Virus record (IMG/VR): IMGVR_UViG_3300027672_001796
Reading direction: 5' to 3' (one strand)
Length of the DNA stretch: 64,000 nt
Source: a virus
Taxonomy: Duplodnaviria > Caudoviricetes
In this document: positions 1-10,326 of the stretch, piece after piece
How the letters are laid out: every line of letters begins with the position of its first letter
How positions within the stretch are numbered: the stretch's first letter is position 1
Notes under the pieces: generated by a model
The model's database searches: none
What the model was told of the DNA's origin: nothing
What the model saw: only the letters and a program-made list of their open reading frames with translations
Made by a program: the position numbers and the translations under genes

Positions 1-597
1 CCAGTATATTTTTTCTACTGTGTCTAGGTACGGATCGAATGTTTCTAGGAAGTCTGTTGATCCTTTTTTGATTTGGTGTATAGCCTGCGTTGGAGTTTTA
101 TTAAACTGACTGTCCGTTGCATCGTTAAACCATAAGCTACTTAAATCAGGCCCACAGGATCTACATCTCATGTTACAGATATTACTAAAGCGAATATCCA
201 TGTATGTCATGTTAACACCGTCGACGGTACCGTCTTCATGTGTAGCCTTTACTGCTTCGAACTGGGCAGTACCATGCTCGTTATTCTCCAGCATAATGTA
301 CTCGCCATTGCTTCGCTGTCTTAAAGTTTGATGTCCGTGTGACTCTTGTTCGTAACATCTATTACAGTTAGAAAGTTTTTTATGGTTAAGCATGTCTAGC
401 CTAAACTTCTTCAGCTCATCACCGTTCCACACTTCTTCTAGAGTTTGTTCATTTAAGTTGCCAACAGGAGAATGCAGTTCACTTAAACAGCAAGTAAACA
501 CTCTACCATCGGGCCAAGGGTGCATGTGTATCCACGGTATCACGCAGAATGCTTCGCTTTCCATTAGTTCTTTTTTTGATAGATCTTTAAAACTCAT
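1..597 (-). CDS. N-terminal twitch-domain radical SAM protein, paralogue 0 (partial, runs off the window start)
   Basis: Not in the ORF track; translated by hand from the ATG at 597: MSFKDLSKKELMESEAFCVIPWIHMHPWPDGRVFTCC...NCNRCY...DIRFSNICNMRCRSCGP (CxxxCxxC). ATGA overlap with the desaturase stop codon. Confidence 0.9.
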   Translation of the reverse strand, partial: MSFKDLSKKELMESEAFCVIPWIHMHPWPDGRVFTCCLSELHSPVGNLNEQTLEEVWNGDELKKFRLDMLNHKKLSNCNRCYEQESHGHQTLRQRSNGEYIMLENNEHGTAQFEAVKATHEDGTVDGVNMTYMDIRFSNICNMRCRSCGPDLSSLWFNDATDSQFNKTPTQAIHQIKKGSTDFLETFDPYLDTVEKIYW

Positions 598-1370
598 TTG
601 CTTATTACCTTTATTATCAATCCGTTTAAATCCCACTCCCACCATTTGTTTCCTTGGTATGCTAGACTAGGATCATTGTGATGATTATTATGCCAACCCT
701 CACCGAACGTTATTATATTTACCAGCCAATGGTTAGTACTCTTGTCGTTAGTGTCATATGTTCTGTAACCCATCCATGTAAGCCCTTTACCATGACCCCA
801 TGTATTAAACGCACCGGTGGCCCAAACACATAAACTTACAGGAGCCAAGTACGCATACAGCACTAGCAATGGATCTATTAATGCTAAAACTACAATGTAT
901 ACTAGTATGTATCCAAAAAAGTAGTTATGCGAGTGTAATACTGCGTTGTTCTTTAGCCAATCTTTAGCAAGTCGTATGTTATATTTTTCATCCTTTAACC
1001 CTAATGTCCAGCTCTTCCACAAGCTCATGTGGTGCGGACTATGAGGATCACTGTCGCTATCAGATGCTTTGTGGTGTTCTCTATGCTTAACTATGTAACC
1101 AAACACACTACTTAAACTTGCTAAGGTGCCTGTTACGTTAAGTACATTTTCCCAAAACTTGTTAGTCTTGAAACTCCTATGTGCAAAGTATCTGTGTTGC
1201 CCAACGAATATTCCTATGCTACTAAACCAAAAGTAAACAATAGCAGTTACCCACAACAGTTCACTAGGACCTATAAGCAGTACTGCTAGTAGTCCGGCAT
1301 GAGCCAGCCATCTAAGACTGTCTCCTTTAGTTTTAGTATACGCTAGTATGTTCACTTTGCTCCACTGCAT
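594..1370 (-). CDS. Membrane fatty-acid (acyl-CoA delta-9-like) desaturase
   Basis: Three histidine boxes (HRYFAH, HREHH, HNNHH), hydrophobic segments and a GEGWHNNHH motif. Confidence 0.9.
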   Translation of the reverse strand: MQWSKVNILAYTKTKGDSLRWLAHAGLLAVLLIGPSELLWVTAIVYFWFSSIGIFVGQHRYFAHRSFKTNKFWENVLNVTGTLASLSSVFGYIVKHREHHKASDSDSDPHSPHHMSLWKSWTLGLKDEKYNIRLAKDWLKNNAVLHSHNYFFGYILVYIVVLALIDPLLVLYAYLAPVSLCVWATGAFNTWGHGKGLTWMGYRTYDTNDKSTNHWLVNIITFGEGWHNNHHNDPSLAYQGNKWWEWDLNGLIIKVISK

Positions 1371-2577
1371 CTACTAACTTAGTAAATGTATTTCTCCATT
1401 CGCTGTTATCGTTGTTGTCTAGTAAATCGTTAAAGCGACAAAACTGTTCCCACTTTAATTCATTCCACTCATCGTTATTAAACATGCTAAGTAAAGTGCC
1501 TAATTTATGATCATTGCCCAACGCTTGTCTAAATTCTGTATGTATCAACTCTCTTGCCTTAACAGGTATAACTGCAGGACTTAGGTAATCAGGATCATAC
1601 ACGAAGTTCATATCAACTTCTATCCCAATGCTATCGGCCCATTTAAAAAATTCAGGCAATGTAGCATAATTGTAAGCACTCACTGTTTGTGTAATTCTTA
1701 ATGTTAATGTATCTTGTAATGGTAATAATGTATTAATAGTTTTTAATACGGCTTCCCATTTTGTATTAGTTCTTATAAAAGCATTCCTATCTTCTAAGTC
1801 ATCAATACTTAAACATATTCTTGCTTCTTTAAAGTGGGGCCATAGTTCTAATGCAATTGGAGGTAGCATAGTACAGTTAATGTTATACCACAGTATAATA
1901 TCTTTTGCTCTGCCACTAGCTACTAATTTCTTTAAGTAAGTCCAATGCTGTTTAATCAATGTAGGCTCTCCACCATTGATATAAATTACTTCTAAGTTTG
2001 GAGCGGAGTTATATAGGTCGTCATAAAAATTATCATCCTCTGCCCATTTAAAATCTTCAGGAAAGTTAAGTCCTAAGTAACCTTTATTTACGAAGTCAGC
2101 TTTCTCCACAATGTCTTTATAGTCTTCAAGCCACTTTGAACTACTTGCCGGATTACATGTACGGCACCGAACGTTACATACATTGCCAAGACGAAGCTCG
2201 ACAAAGCGGAGATCCATATCAATATCGCCACCTTCCCTAGTAACCCCACTCGCCCAATCAAGGGTGTTCTGTGGAAAAACAGATTGTTCATGTATTCGTT
2301 TGGACTTGATTCCGTTATCTTCTTCATTGTAACACCTCATGCAAGCCTTTGGCTTTTCATCGTTGAGCATCTGTAGGCGAACTTCTTTATAGTAGTCGCT
2401 GTTCATCTGCTCTTCGATATTGTTTTTGTTTAAGTCTAGGAACTCATCGTAATCATCCTTATAATTTCTAGCTCTGTTTTTGCCATCAGTGTGGTCACTG
2501 ATGCAACACAATGTGATACCACCGTGAGGATGGGTGGCTAAGTGTTGCCAAGGTAGAGGACAATATGTAGAACTCAA
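1333..2577 (-). CDS. N-terminal twitch-domain radical SAM protein, paralogue 1
   Basis: YCPLPW..LCCI..ACMRCY at the N-terminus, CNVRCRTC core and GGEP motif. Confidence 0.92.
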   Translation of the reverse strand: MSSTYCPLPWQHLATHPHGGITLCCISDHTDGKNRARNYKDDYDEFLDLNKNNIEEQMNSDYYKEVRLQMLNDEKPKACMRCYNEEDNGIKSKRIHEQSVFPQNTLDWASGVTREGGDIDMDLRFVELRLGNVCNVRCRTCNPASSSKWLEDYKDIVEKADFVNKGYLGLNFPEDFKWAEDDNFYDDLYNSAPNLEVIYINGGEPTLIKQHWTYLKKLVASGRAKDIILWYNINCTMLPPIALELWPHFKEARICLSIDDLEDRNAFIRTNTKWEAVLKTINTLLPLQDTLTLRITQTVSAYNYATLPEFFKWADSIGIEVDMNFVYDPDYLSPAVIPVKARELIHTEFRQALGNDHKLGTLLSMFNNDEWNELKWEQFCRFNDLLDNNDNSEWRNTFTKLVDAVEQSEHTSVY

Positions 2578-3938
2578 TTTATCAACTCCCTGGTGCTATG
2601 CTGTTTGTAACCATTTGTCAACACTTCCTCATATTCTTTCGTGTAATCGAAGTCTTGTTTTATCAACTCGTGTAACTCGGGAAAGACTTCTGTAAAGTTC
2701 TCTTCTCGATAATGGTCTCCTCCTGCTATTTGTGATTTAAATATTTTCCATTTGTTTTCTATACTTCGTTGGTCAAACATTAATAGTTTATCCTCGGAAA
2801 CTTTTGCTCGTAGTTTTTCATCTACGCTGGCACCATTCTCATATAACGGTGAGTTAAAGTATTTTAGTAATGCTACTACTTCACTCTCATAGTCACCTGA
2901 CCATGTGTGCTCTTGTAATTGTTGTGTGATTATTTTCTTAGCAAACGCTGGTAGTACATTACATGTAAGCCACTTAGGATAATGTGCAATGTTATTCCAT
3001 ATTTTAAATGTAGGATAGTGTTTGTGGAAGTAATCGTGGAACTCAGGCAAGTACATTATATTTAATGCTGTAACAGTATGTGTTATTTGCATGTGTACTG
3101 GATAGTCGCCTGTGTGTAGTTCGTAAAAATAATCTAAGTTCTGTTTGACCTCGTCCCACTTACCAGGGTGCCTTAAGAATTCAAATCTGTCTCCGATGCC
3201 GTCTATACTAATACTAAACGATAACTCTTTAAAGTTACTTGCCATACGTTGCAAGAACACAGGGTCTGCTATTGTGCCGTTAGTACTTAACGTCATGCTA
3301 ATGTTTTGTGAATAGTTCTCATTAATAAGTTTGTCAACAAACTTCTTGAACTCTTTCATATAGAAAGGTTCGCCACCCATAATCTCTAATCGTCTTATGC
3401 CAGGTAGCCACTCATCCATTGTAGTCCAAAACTTACTGTTCTCCATATCGTTCATGGGAACCTTCGCACTAGTTTCCCAATACGGTATGTGTCTCTCTTT
3501 AGCTTCTGCTAACCACTTACTACTGTAGTTTGCATTACAACTTCTACATGCTAAGTTACAAGTGTTATCAAATATTAATTGCATGTCCATTACTGCTGTA
3601 GGTTTAGCAGTCCATTCGAATGTTTCCATCCAGTTAGGGCCATACCAGTTATCGTAGTAGTCATTGTATTGTTGGCGTTTACTGTATTTGCCATTGTCTT
3701 CATCGATCCAGCATGTTTCACAGTTAGCTGGCTTACCGCCATCGAGGATCTCATTTCTTATACGTTGATGGTTATCACTAGTAAATATATCTTGTACAGC
3801 ATCATCGCCTAAGGTGTAGCTTGTACCATGGTGGTCCTGTAGTCTATCTTTTGCGATACAACATGTGCGGATACTTCCACCTGGCTCGTTGCTCAAGTGT
3901 GTCCATAGTAATGCACAATATTTTTTATCTTCGCTCAT
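2574..3938 (-). CDS. N-terminal twitch-domain radical SAM protein, paralogue 2
   Basis: YCALLW..TCCI..NCETCW, CNLACRSC and MGGEP. Confidence 0.92.
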   Translation of the reverse strand: MSEDKKYCALLWTHLSNEPGGSIRTCCIAKDRLQDHHGTSYTLGDDAVQDIFTSDNHQRIRNEILDGGKPANCETCWIDEDNGKYSKRQQYNDYYDNWYGPNWMETFEWTAKPTAVMDMQLIFDNTCNLACRSCNANYSSKWLAEAKERHIPYWETSAKVPMNDMENSKFWTTMDEWLPGIRRLEIMGGEPFYMKEFKKFVDKLINENYSQNISMTLSTNGTIADPVFLQRMASNFKELSFSISIDGIGDRFEFLRHPGKWDEVKQNLDYFYELHTGDYPVHMQITHTVTALNIMYLPEFHDYFHKHYPTFKIWNNIAHYPKWLTCNVLPAFAKKIITQQLQEHTWSGDYESEVVALLKYFNSPLYENGASVDEKLRAKVSEDKLLMFDQRSIENKWKIFKSQIAGGDHYREENFTEVFPELHELIKQDFDYTKEYEEVLTNGYKQHSTRELIN

Positions 3939-4812
3939 ACTGGTCCTGTATTAATTTGCTGATACATAGTCTAGTAGTATCATTGCCTCTGTTGTAGTCA
4001 CTATACTTATCGTCATTGCTCGTAGCAAACAATATGCAGTTAGTGGCATCAACACCAAGGTCCTTGCACACTTGTTGCTGTACGGCCCTGTACTTTGTTA
4101 CTATGAAGTCTGCAGAGTATTGCTCTATGCAATGCAGTCCTACTAATGCTCCAAAGTTATTTACAATGCCATGCTGGTTAGCAAATGTTACAGCATCGTC
4201 TACTTCTGTTCTTTGGTATCTTACTCCGCACCTACTACCTATAATAGGAAACGTTTTCCCTAAACTGAATGTTACTTCTTCTATACACTTATAATTTAAA
4301 TCAATTTCCATACCGTAGCACATACCAAAGTATGCACAATCAATTAGTACTGGAACATTTAATGCTGAACATTTCTCTAGTAACTTAATGTGCTGTGGGT
4401 GTGCTGTACCAAAGTCACTAAACGGTATGCTTATAATAACCGCATCGCCTACAGTAATTTCATTTGCATCATATATCCACTTCCAATTGTTACCCATAAC
4501 ATTGCTGGCAACCTTATGCATCATGAAGTCACCTTTTAAGAATCTAAAGTTCTTATCATGGTGTCTCATCATAAACATTTGGAATGCTTCACTAGTACCA
4601 TGTGTCATAGTACCATGCTGAAAGTTTTCTAAACCAGTGAGTGTATTTTCTGTACTGGACCAAATCCAGTTTCGCATTTTATCTACGAACTGTTTCTCTA
4701 ATCCAGTTACACCGTCAGCAACAAAAAAGTTATTCCATACTTCTGGTTGAGTAACATACTGTTGTAAACTAGCAGTTATCTCTATGTCTTGTATAGCGTA
4801 AGCACCCTTCAT
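3925..4812 (-). CDS. PLP-dependent fold-type I enzyme (aminotransferase-like), compact
   Basis: LIDCAY (PLP-binding Asp), FSLGKTF (Schiff-base Lys) and a GSRCG Arg motif. Confidence 0.7.
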   Translation of the reverse strand: MKGAYAIQDIEITASLQQYVTQPEVWNNFFVADGVTGLEKQFVDKMRNWIWSSTENTLTGLENFQHGTMTHGTSEAFQMFMMRHHDKNFRFLKGDFMMHKVASNVMGNNWKWIYDANEITVGDAVIISIPFSDFGTAHPQHIKLLEKCSALNVPVLIDCAYFGMCYGMEIDLNYKCIEEVTFSLGKTFPIIGSRCGVRYQRTEVDDAVTFANQHGIVNNFGALVGLHCIEQYSADFIVTKYRAVQQQVCKDLGVDATNCILFATSNDDKYSDYNRGNDTTRLCISKLIQDQYERR

Positions 4813-5597
4813 TCGTCACCGTCCAATTTGCCATGCCCGTATTCATTTTCTAAATGGTATGGCTGATCAGCATCTTTATCATACCAGTATAAACTTTTGT
4901 GTGGAGGATCTCTCCAATCATGTTTACTATCTGCTATGTAGTAAAATAATCTAAAGCCTACTCTAAACTTGTCATCGGGACAAGCAATTGGATTAGGATG
5001 TCCATGGAAGCCACGTTTGTGATATTTCCAAATGACAACGTTACCCATCTCTGGTAGATAACTTACTACCTTGCCTTGCTTATCGAAATCCCAAAACTGT
5101 AAGTCGCCGTTCCATTCTTCTTCCCACTCAGGAGTAAAATATAATATTAAACTTAATGCTCTGTGTGTTTGACATTCTTCATTCCAGTTAAAGTCGGAAT
5201 GTATTTTAAGACTATCTCCCTTATAACTTTTCATATACCCTGCACCAACTAAATACGGATCGGGTAGTAGGTGAGGAACGTCACATACTTTTCGTAGCCA
5301 TTCTAAAAACTCTGGACTATGTAAAGCACTAACAAGTTGTCTAGCCACCGGTGCATGTTTTAAATTCTTACACTCTTCCATATAGCTATCGGCTCGGGTA
5401 AACGTAGTCCAATACTTTTCAGGTATCGTAATACTCTCTTCATACAATGCGTTTGGGAGACCGTCAGGAATAAAATCTTTTAAATGCAAAGTAGGATAAG
5501 GAGGCGTATAACGATATTGTTCGTTAAGATTACGCATTTCCTTTTCGCTACCCCACTTGTCGTGTATGTAGTTTATTATCTTCTGGTCCCAGTTCAT
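4809..5597 (-). CDS. 2OG-Fe(II) oxygenase
   Basis: HSD...H facial triad (LKIHSDFN, GFHGHP), WxxxWxGxL motif and a distal Arg. Confidence 0.88.
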   Translation of the reverse strand: MNWDQKIINYIHDKWGSEKEMRNLNEQYRYTPPYPTLHLKDFIPDGLPNALYEESITIPEKYWTTFTRADSYMEECKNLKHAPVARQLVSALHSPEFLEWLRKVCDVPHLLPDPYLVGAGYMKSYKGDSLKIHSDFNWNEECQTHRALSLILYFTPEWEEEWNGDLQFWDFDKQGKVVSYLPEMGNVVIWKYHKRGFHGHPNPIACPDDKFRVGFRLFYYIADSKHDWRDPPHKSLYWYDKDADQPYHLENEYGHGKLDGDE

Positions 5598-6889
5598 TAT
5601 TTCTTTACCCTAGTGTTACCATAGTGAACAACTTCAACGCCCTCTATGTCTGGAGTTTTTCTCCACGGATCAACAACTATACTACCTAGTGCAAAACTAA
5701 GTTCAGTGCCATTACCCGTTCTAACACTTAATGCTTCATCGCATGATGAAGGAGAGTGCTGTTCGTACCACCCTGGTACTGTATCTAATTGTTCGCCGTA
5801 TGTAACTTGTGGATTATGTGCTAGTAAATATACTGCTGGATTGTTTAATACATACTCCGGTGGCATGTCACCAGTTTGTTCGTCATAGTAATACAATGGA
5901 TGCCCTTGGGCAAGAACATAGTGACCTACCAGCATACTACTAGAACCACTTTCATATGGCACTAATGGTTTGTATGCTTTACCTACAATAACTATAGGTA
6001 TGTCATTTGCTAAGTCTAGCAATCTCTTTGCCATGTTCTCTGCCTGCTTTTCTCTCGAAAGCATTACAGCATCAAACAAGTCGTAGCCTAAGTCTAGTTC
6101 TTCTGCCATCCAACGTAGTGCGATATTATCTCTTGGGTGACAAGCACCACCATCGCCCATGCCTGGCTTCATGTACCCAGGTCCCATAATACGCCTTCCA
6201 GAATTTGCCAAAGCATCACACACAACTTCTGCGTTAATGTTGCCTGACGCTTCTGCTACGTCTTGTATCATGTTAACTAAACTAACTTTTGCTGATATAA
6301 ATGTATTGTAAAATACTTTAATGCATTCACATTCATCCCATGTACCTATAACATACTTGGGATCGTTCTGCATTATTGTTTTATAAAAGTCTACAAGTTC
6401 CTTTGCGTCACCTGTTTCATTTCCATCTTCTGTTCCAATCATTACCATTTCTGGATTAACCATATCCCACTTCACAGTACCCATAGCAATTAAGTATGGG
6501 TTGTATATAAAGCGAGTGTTGGGTAATAGTGGTACAAGTTCTTTTCGAACTGTGCCGGGTAAGACTGTGCTTATAAGAACAACCAGTTGTTCCTTTGTTG
6601 CGACAGCATTTACTTGAGAAAGAACTTTCTTTACTATTGTGTAATCAAAGTCTTTGTTTGGTAAATGGCTGGTAGGTGCTTTGCCGTCATACTGTGGATC
6701 ATGCGGAGTAGGTGCGGCTACAAAGATAATATCTTTGCCAACTACAGCTTCTTCCATCGTGTTAACCATTGCAAAGTTTTCAGGCTTTACATCGTTAATA
6801 TCGTATCCAACAGTATAATGAACTTCAGCGACCATTTCGGCGCAGGCTTGCCCTAGCTTGCCTACCCCAATAAATCCGATTGAGGCCAT
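5597..6889 (-). CDS. UDP-glucose/GDP-mannose 6-dehydrogenase family protein
   Basis: GxGxxG (GVGKLG), STVLPGT, IKVFYNTF..KVSLVN and catalytic-Cys motif GDGGACHPRD. Confidence 0.9.
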   Translation of the reverse strand: MASIGFIGVGKLGQACAEMVAEVHYTVGYDINDVKPENFAMVNTMEEAVVGKDIIFVAAPTPHDPQYDGKAPTSHLPNKDFDYTIVKKVLSQVNAVATKEQLVVLISTVLPGTVRKELVPLLPNTRFIYNPYLIAMGTVKWDMVNPEMVMIGTEDGNETGDAKELVDFYKTIMQNDPKYVIGTWDECECIKVFYNTFISAKVSLVNMIQDVAEASGNINAEVVCDALANSGRRIMGPGYMKPGMGDGGACHPRDNIALRWMAEELDLGYDLFDAVMLSREKQAENMAKRLLDLANDIPIVIVGKAYKPLVPYESGSSSMLVGHYVLAQGHPLYYYDEQTGDMPPEYVLNNPAVYLLAHNPQVTYGEQLDTVPGWYEQHSPSSCDEALSVRTGNGTELSFALGSIVVDPWRKTPDIEGVEVVHYGNTRVKK

Positions 6890-6948
6890 TATCTATCTCC
6901 TAATTTTATTGTGTGTATCGTATACTGTACTATTTATGCAAATTTCTA

Positions 6949-8280
6949 TCAGCTATTATAGAATTCTTGCATTTGTTTATACCGGTCAGTATCTTCGACT
7001 ACCCATAAATAAGGATCTGTGTTAACTAATTCAAGGAATCGTGCCTTGTTACGTTTTAATTTTGCTTGTACATCTACACTATGATATAGCTGATGTGTTT
7101 GTTCTATTGGTATTTGGGCTAATGCAGTAATGTTTTCTTTTACCATTCTCATGCGTTCGCCTGGGTGAGCTGTACTATCATATGTTTCATCAAAGAACTC
7201 AGGGAATGTTTCAAAGCCTAAATCTTTAAATGCTTGGAGACACCCTGCATACCCAACAGATAATAACGGTAACTCGTAGTAAGCACTTTTTAAACTCTTC
7301 TCAGATACCCAGCCTGATAATGGCATAGTCATTGCCTCGAGTTCCCATTGGTCTATTGAAGTTTCAAATATAGTTGTGTTATTGTTTGGAGGGAATATTG
7401 AAAACCCAAACCTGAACTCTTGTGCCCAGTGTGTTTCTGTTGCTATGTAAGTATAGCAATTGTCTACTACATCAGTGTGTATAATATCTTGCCACTCACC
7501 AATAGTAGTCATATGATGGTCACCGTCTGCTAGAATACATAAGTCTAAATCATTTGGTCTAAGATAACTTAGATGTGTATGTGGCAGAAGTTCTTTGCGA
7601 TATTTTATAAATTTTACTATCTCAGTCCTATGTTCTTTCTCATAGTTATTTAAACATACGAATATTTTTTCTCTTCTAACTTCACCGCCAGGACTAACAT
7701 ACAGTTTTAGTTTTGCTTCAATATGTCTGCCTACAATTCTATTAGGATACACAGAGTAGTATTGGACATCTGCCGCCGGGAATAGTTTCTTATGTATTTT
7801 TACTTCAGTAGTATTACCTAACCAGAAGTGCAATCGGTCACCGTAAATTTTCTTTAATTGTCGCTTGATTACTTTAGTTCGGTCATGAAGTAATTCCGGC
7901 ATATCTGCAGAACCCTGGGTTTCGAATACTCTGCTACTATACATATCCCAACCACTTGAAAACAATAAATGTATATTTTTATATTCCTCTATTGTTTCAA
8001 CAACTTTCATTAACAGCGGACCGTCGTCTAAGTACGAGTTTACACTTAATCCTAATTCTAGTATGTGTGTTATACCACCGTCACGTTTAGCACTAGCTAT
8101 AACATCGTAAATATTATCGTAATGCACTACCAAAGGAGCTTGTCCAGGCTGTGTGCTTATAAGGTCAGGCATGCTATTAGACCTGCATGGTATGCCGAGT
8201 GGTCTGTCATTAGCAAACGTATCGAATGCATCTTCAGGAGAGAAGAGACATCGTACTATGCATAGCAATTTATTACTCAT
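6949..8280 (-). CDS. Putative glycosyltransferase (GT-B/GT10-like), paralogue A
   Basis: CLNNYEKEHR, IATET...VSEKSLK and GFETF..FDETYD motifs shared with 9083..10324; the E-T...(T/S)EK pattern resembles the GT10 donor-binding motif. Confidence 0.5.
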   Translation of the reverse strand: MSNKLLCIVRCLFSPEDAFDTFANDRPLGIPCRSNSMPDLISTQPGQAPLVVHYDNIYDVIASAKRDGGITHILELGLSVNSYLDDGPLLMKVVETIEEYKNIHLLFSSGWDMYSSRVFETQGSADMPELLHDRTKVIKRQLKKIYGDRLHFWLGNTTEVKIHKKLFPAADVQYYSVYPNRIVGRHIEAKLKLYVSPGGEVRREKIFVCLNNYEKEHRTEIVKFIKYRKELLPHTHLSYLRPNDLDLCILADGDHHMTTIGEWQDIIHTDVVDNCYTYIATETHWAQEFRFGFSIFPPNNNTTIFETSIDQWELEAMTMPLSGWVSEKSLKSAYYELPLLSVGYAGCLQAFKDLGFETFPEFFDETYDSTAHPGERMRMVKENITALAQIPIEQTHQLYHSVDVQAKLKRNKARFLELVNTDPYLWVVEDTDRYKQMQEFYNS

Positions 8281-9086
8281 AATGGTTTCCTCCCAATGAG
8301 GCCACGGACCGAGGTTACAAGATCGATAATATCGTTAACTTCGCTCATACTAGTAAGTTTCATCTCTATGATCATTTTCCAAACATTTGCAATATCGGTA
8401 AACCTGTTTCTGTACCAAGCATAATCAGAACCAAGTAAATTCATATATGCCAGTGTAACTAGCCGCACTTCATCTGTGAGTGATTGATTTATTCTAAGCA
8501 TTGAATACATAAACGTATCATTTGCTTTATATGGTATGGGGTTCGCTCGGAGATCGCTGGCAGTCTTATCACTAATGTTTGGAATGATGCCGATAGAGTC
8601 GGGACTCATTGTGTTATGAATCATGACTATTGAATTAGCAACTACCCTTTCATTATTGTCACCGTGCTCTGCAAAACAATTTAAAATTGATATGCACCAT
8701 CTAGGTGTTATGTTATAAATTATATCGTTCCAGTCCGTTGAAATTAGTTGTCTTAGTACATCAATATCCCATTCCTCTCTCTTGGGGTCGAAATCTAATC
8801 CATTACTATTTCTGGACAAAATAATACATGCTTTAGTACGCACAATTGAGTTAGGGTGATTAATTGCTACATAACTTAATATTTCGATTCGGGTAGAATT
8901 CCAGTCTTTAAATCTTGGATTGCTATAATAGTTATAAAAGTGCTTAGGCAATACTAGTGAATTGCGTGAGGATCCATGCTCGGCGGTTTCATCATATGCG
9001 TCTTTGAACTGCGTGGCGATGCTAGTATGTAAAATTTCATCCCAATTGGTTAAGTCCGGCTTGTTTACATGATTGATGGCGGTCAT
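8277..9086 (-). CDS. Hypothetical protein (269 aa)
   Basis: Long ORF with 4-nt overlaps to both neighbours in the operon; no motif recognised. Confidence 0.75.
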   Translation of the reverse strand: MTAINHVNKPDLTNWDEILHTSIATQFKDAYDETAEHGSSRNSLVLPKHFYNYYSNPRFKDWNSTRIEILSYVAINHPNSIVRTKACIILSRNSNGLDFDPKREEWDIDVLRQLISTDWNDIIYNITPRWCISILNCFAEHGDNNERVVANSIVMIHNTMSPDSIGIIPNISDKTASDLRANPIPYKANDTFMYSMLRINQSLTDEVRLVTLAYMNLLGSDYAWYRNRFTDIANVWKMIIEMKLTSMSEVNDIIDLVTSVRGLIGRKPL

Positions 9087-10324
9087 AAGCTAAATTCTGG
9101 TGTGTCGTTTACTACTGTGTTGTATTTAGTTATTAATTCTTGCGTGGGGATAAAACAATGTGTTCCATATACTGCTAAGTTATGGTCTATAATGCTTTGA
9201 CATTCGGTGCTATTGTAATAAGAATGTATGTCTGCTATATCGATATCTGTTAATCGTTTTATTTCTACATACAGTTTCTTTAAACGTAATAACGGATCAG
9301 GCTCAGAATCAAACGAATAGTTTATGAAGTTATCAAACAATTTAAATCCTAAGTCTTGCATTAGTTTATTAGCACCCGCAATCCCTGATATTAAAAACAG
9401 TTGTCTAAAGTAAACTGGTTTAAAACTTTTTTCAGTAACATGTCCTTGCATCGATAGTCTCTCGCCATCTAGTTCTATTACTGATCTAACATCGTAGCCA
9501 TGCATAGTTTCATTCACAATATTAATGTAACTATCATTATAATAATTCTGAGGCAATGAATCTTGCCATATGGCTATGTCGGTTTGTGATAGCGTTATGT
9601 CTTGTTGTAACTTAATGTCTTTACCTAAGTACGACACATAACTACTGTCTGGAGGCATTCGGTCTACAATAAATGTTCTGTGTTTCTTCTCTAAATTATT
9701 TAAACATAAAAAATGTTTTGTACGTTGATTCGAATGGTGTTCAATTTGTTCTCTATTAAACTGTTTTATTCTATTGAAGTAAAAAGCCATGAACTTTGCA
9801 TCTACATCAGGGCGTTTAGTTTTAATAGCATCTACAACATATTTGTTACACAGGTAAAAATTAAGTCTCTCATTATCAATGTCTTTTACACTATCCAATA
9901 TATAATCTACAGCATTAAATCCTGCATGTTCATAGTGCCCCAGGTCCCATGTGTTTGAAAACATAAAGTTAACTTGTGGGAAAGGCTCGAATGTTTTTAT
10001 TAGTTTATGTAATGTATTAGCATCATCTTTAATAGCATGTATGTATATAGGAAATAGTAATAGTATAACAGGCGTACCATTAATTCTTCTTAACTGTTTT
10101 TTAATAGGCAAGTTTAAATCAATGGTTTCAGTACGATGGCCCACTGGTGTATAAGTAGGATATGTTCCATCTGCTCCTACATTTTGTGTATCATCATCAT
10201 GGTTTGTGTGCCAATCTGCGTTAGCAAACTTTGGCCCGGGCGGCTGACTGTCGTTCCAAACATTAGAAAGCTTCGGCCCCATTTCGTAATTACCTAAATT
10301 TTTAAATTGTAGAAATACTATCAT
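9083..10324 (-). CDS. Putative glycosyltransferase (GT-B/GT10-like), paralogue B
   Basis: FLCLNNLEKKHR, INIVNET...HVTEKSFKPV and GFKLFDNFINYSFD; paralogue of 6949..8280. Confidence 0.5.
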   Translation of the reverse strand: MIVFLQFKNLGNYEMGPKLSNVWNDSQPPGPKFANADWHTNHDDDTQNVGADGTYPTYTPVGHRTETIDLNLPIKKQLRRINGTPVILLLFPIYIHAIKDDANTLHKLIKTFEPFPQVNFMFSNTWDLGHYEHAGFNAVDYILDSVKDIDNERLNFYLCNKYVVDAIKTKRPDVDAKFMAFYFNRIKQFNREQIEHHSNQRTKHFLCLNNLEKKHRTFIVDRMPPDSSYVSYLGKDIKLQQDITLSQTDIAIWQDSLPQNYYNDSYINIVNETMHGYDVRSVIELDGERLSMQGHVTEKSFKPVYFRQLFLISGIAGANKLMQDLGFKLFDNFINYSFDSEPDPLLRLKKLYVEIKRLTDIDIADIHSYYNSTECQSIIDHNLAVYGTHCFIPTQELITKYNTVVNDTPEFSL

Positions 10325-10326
10325 TG

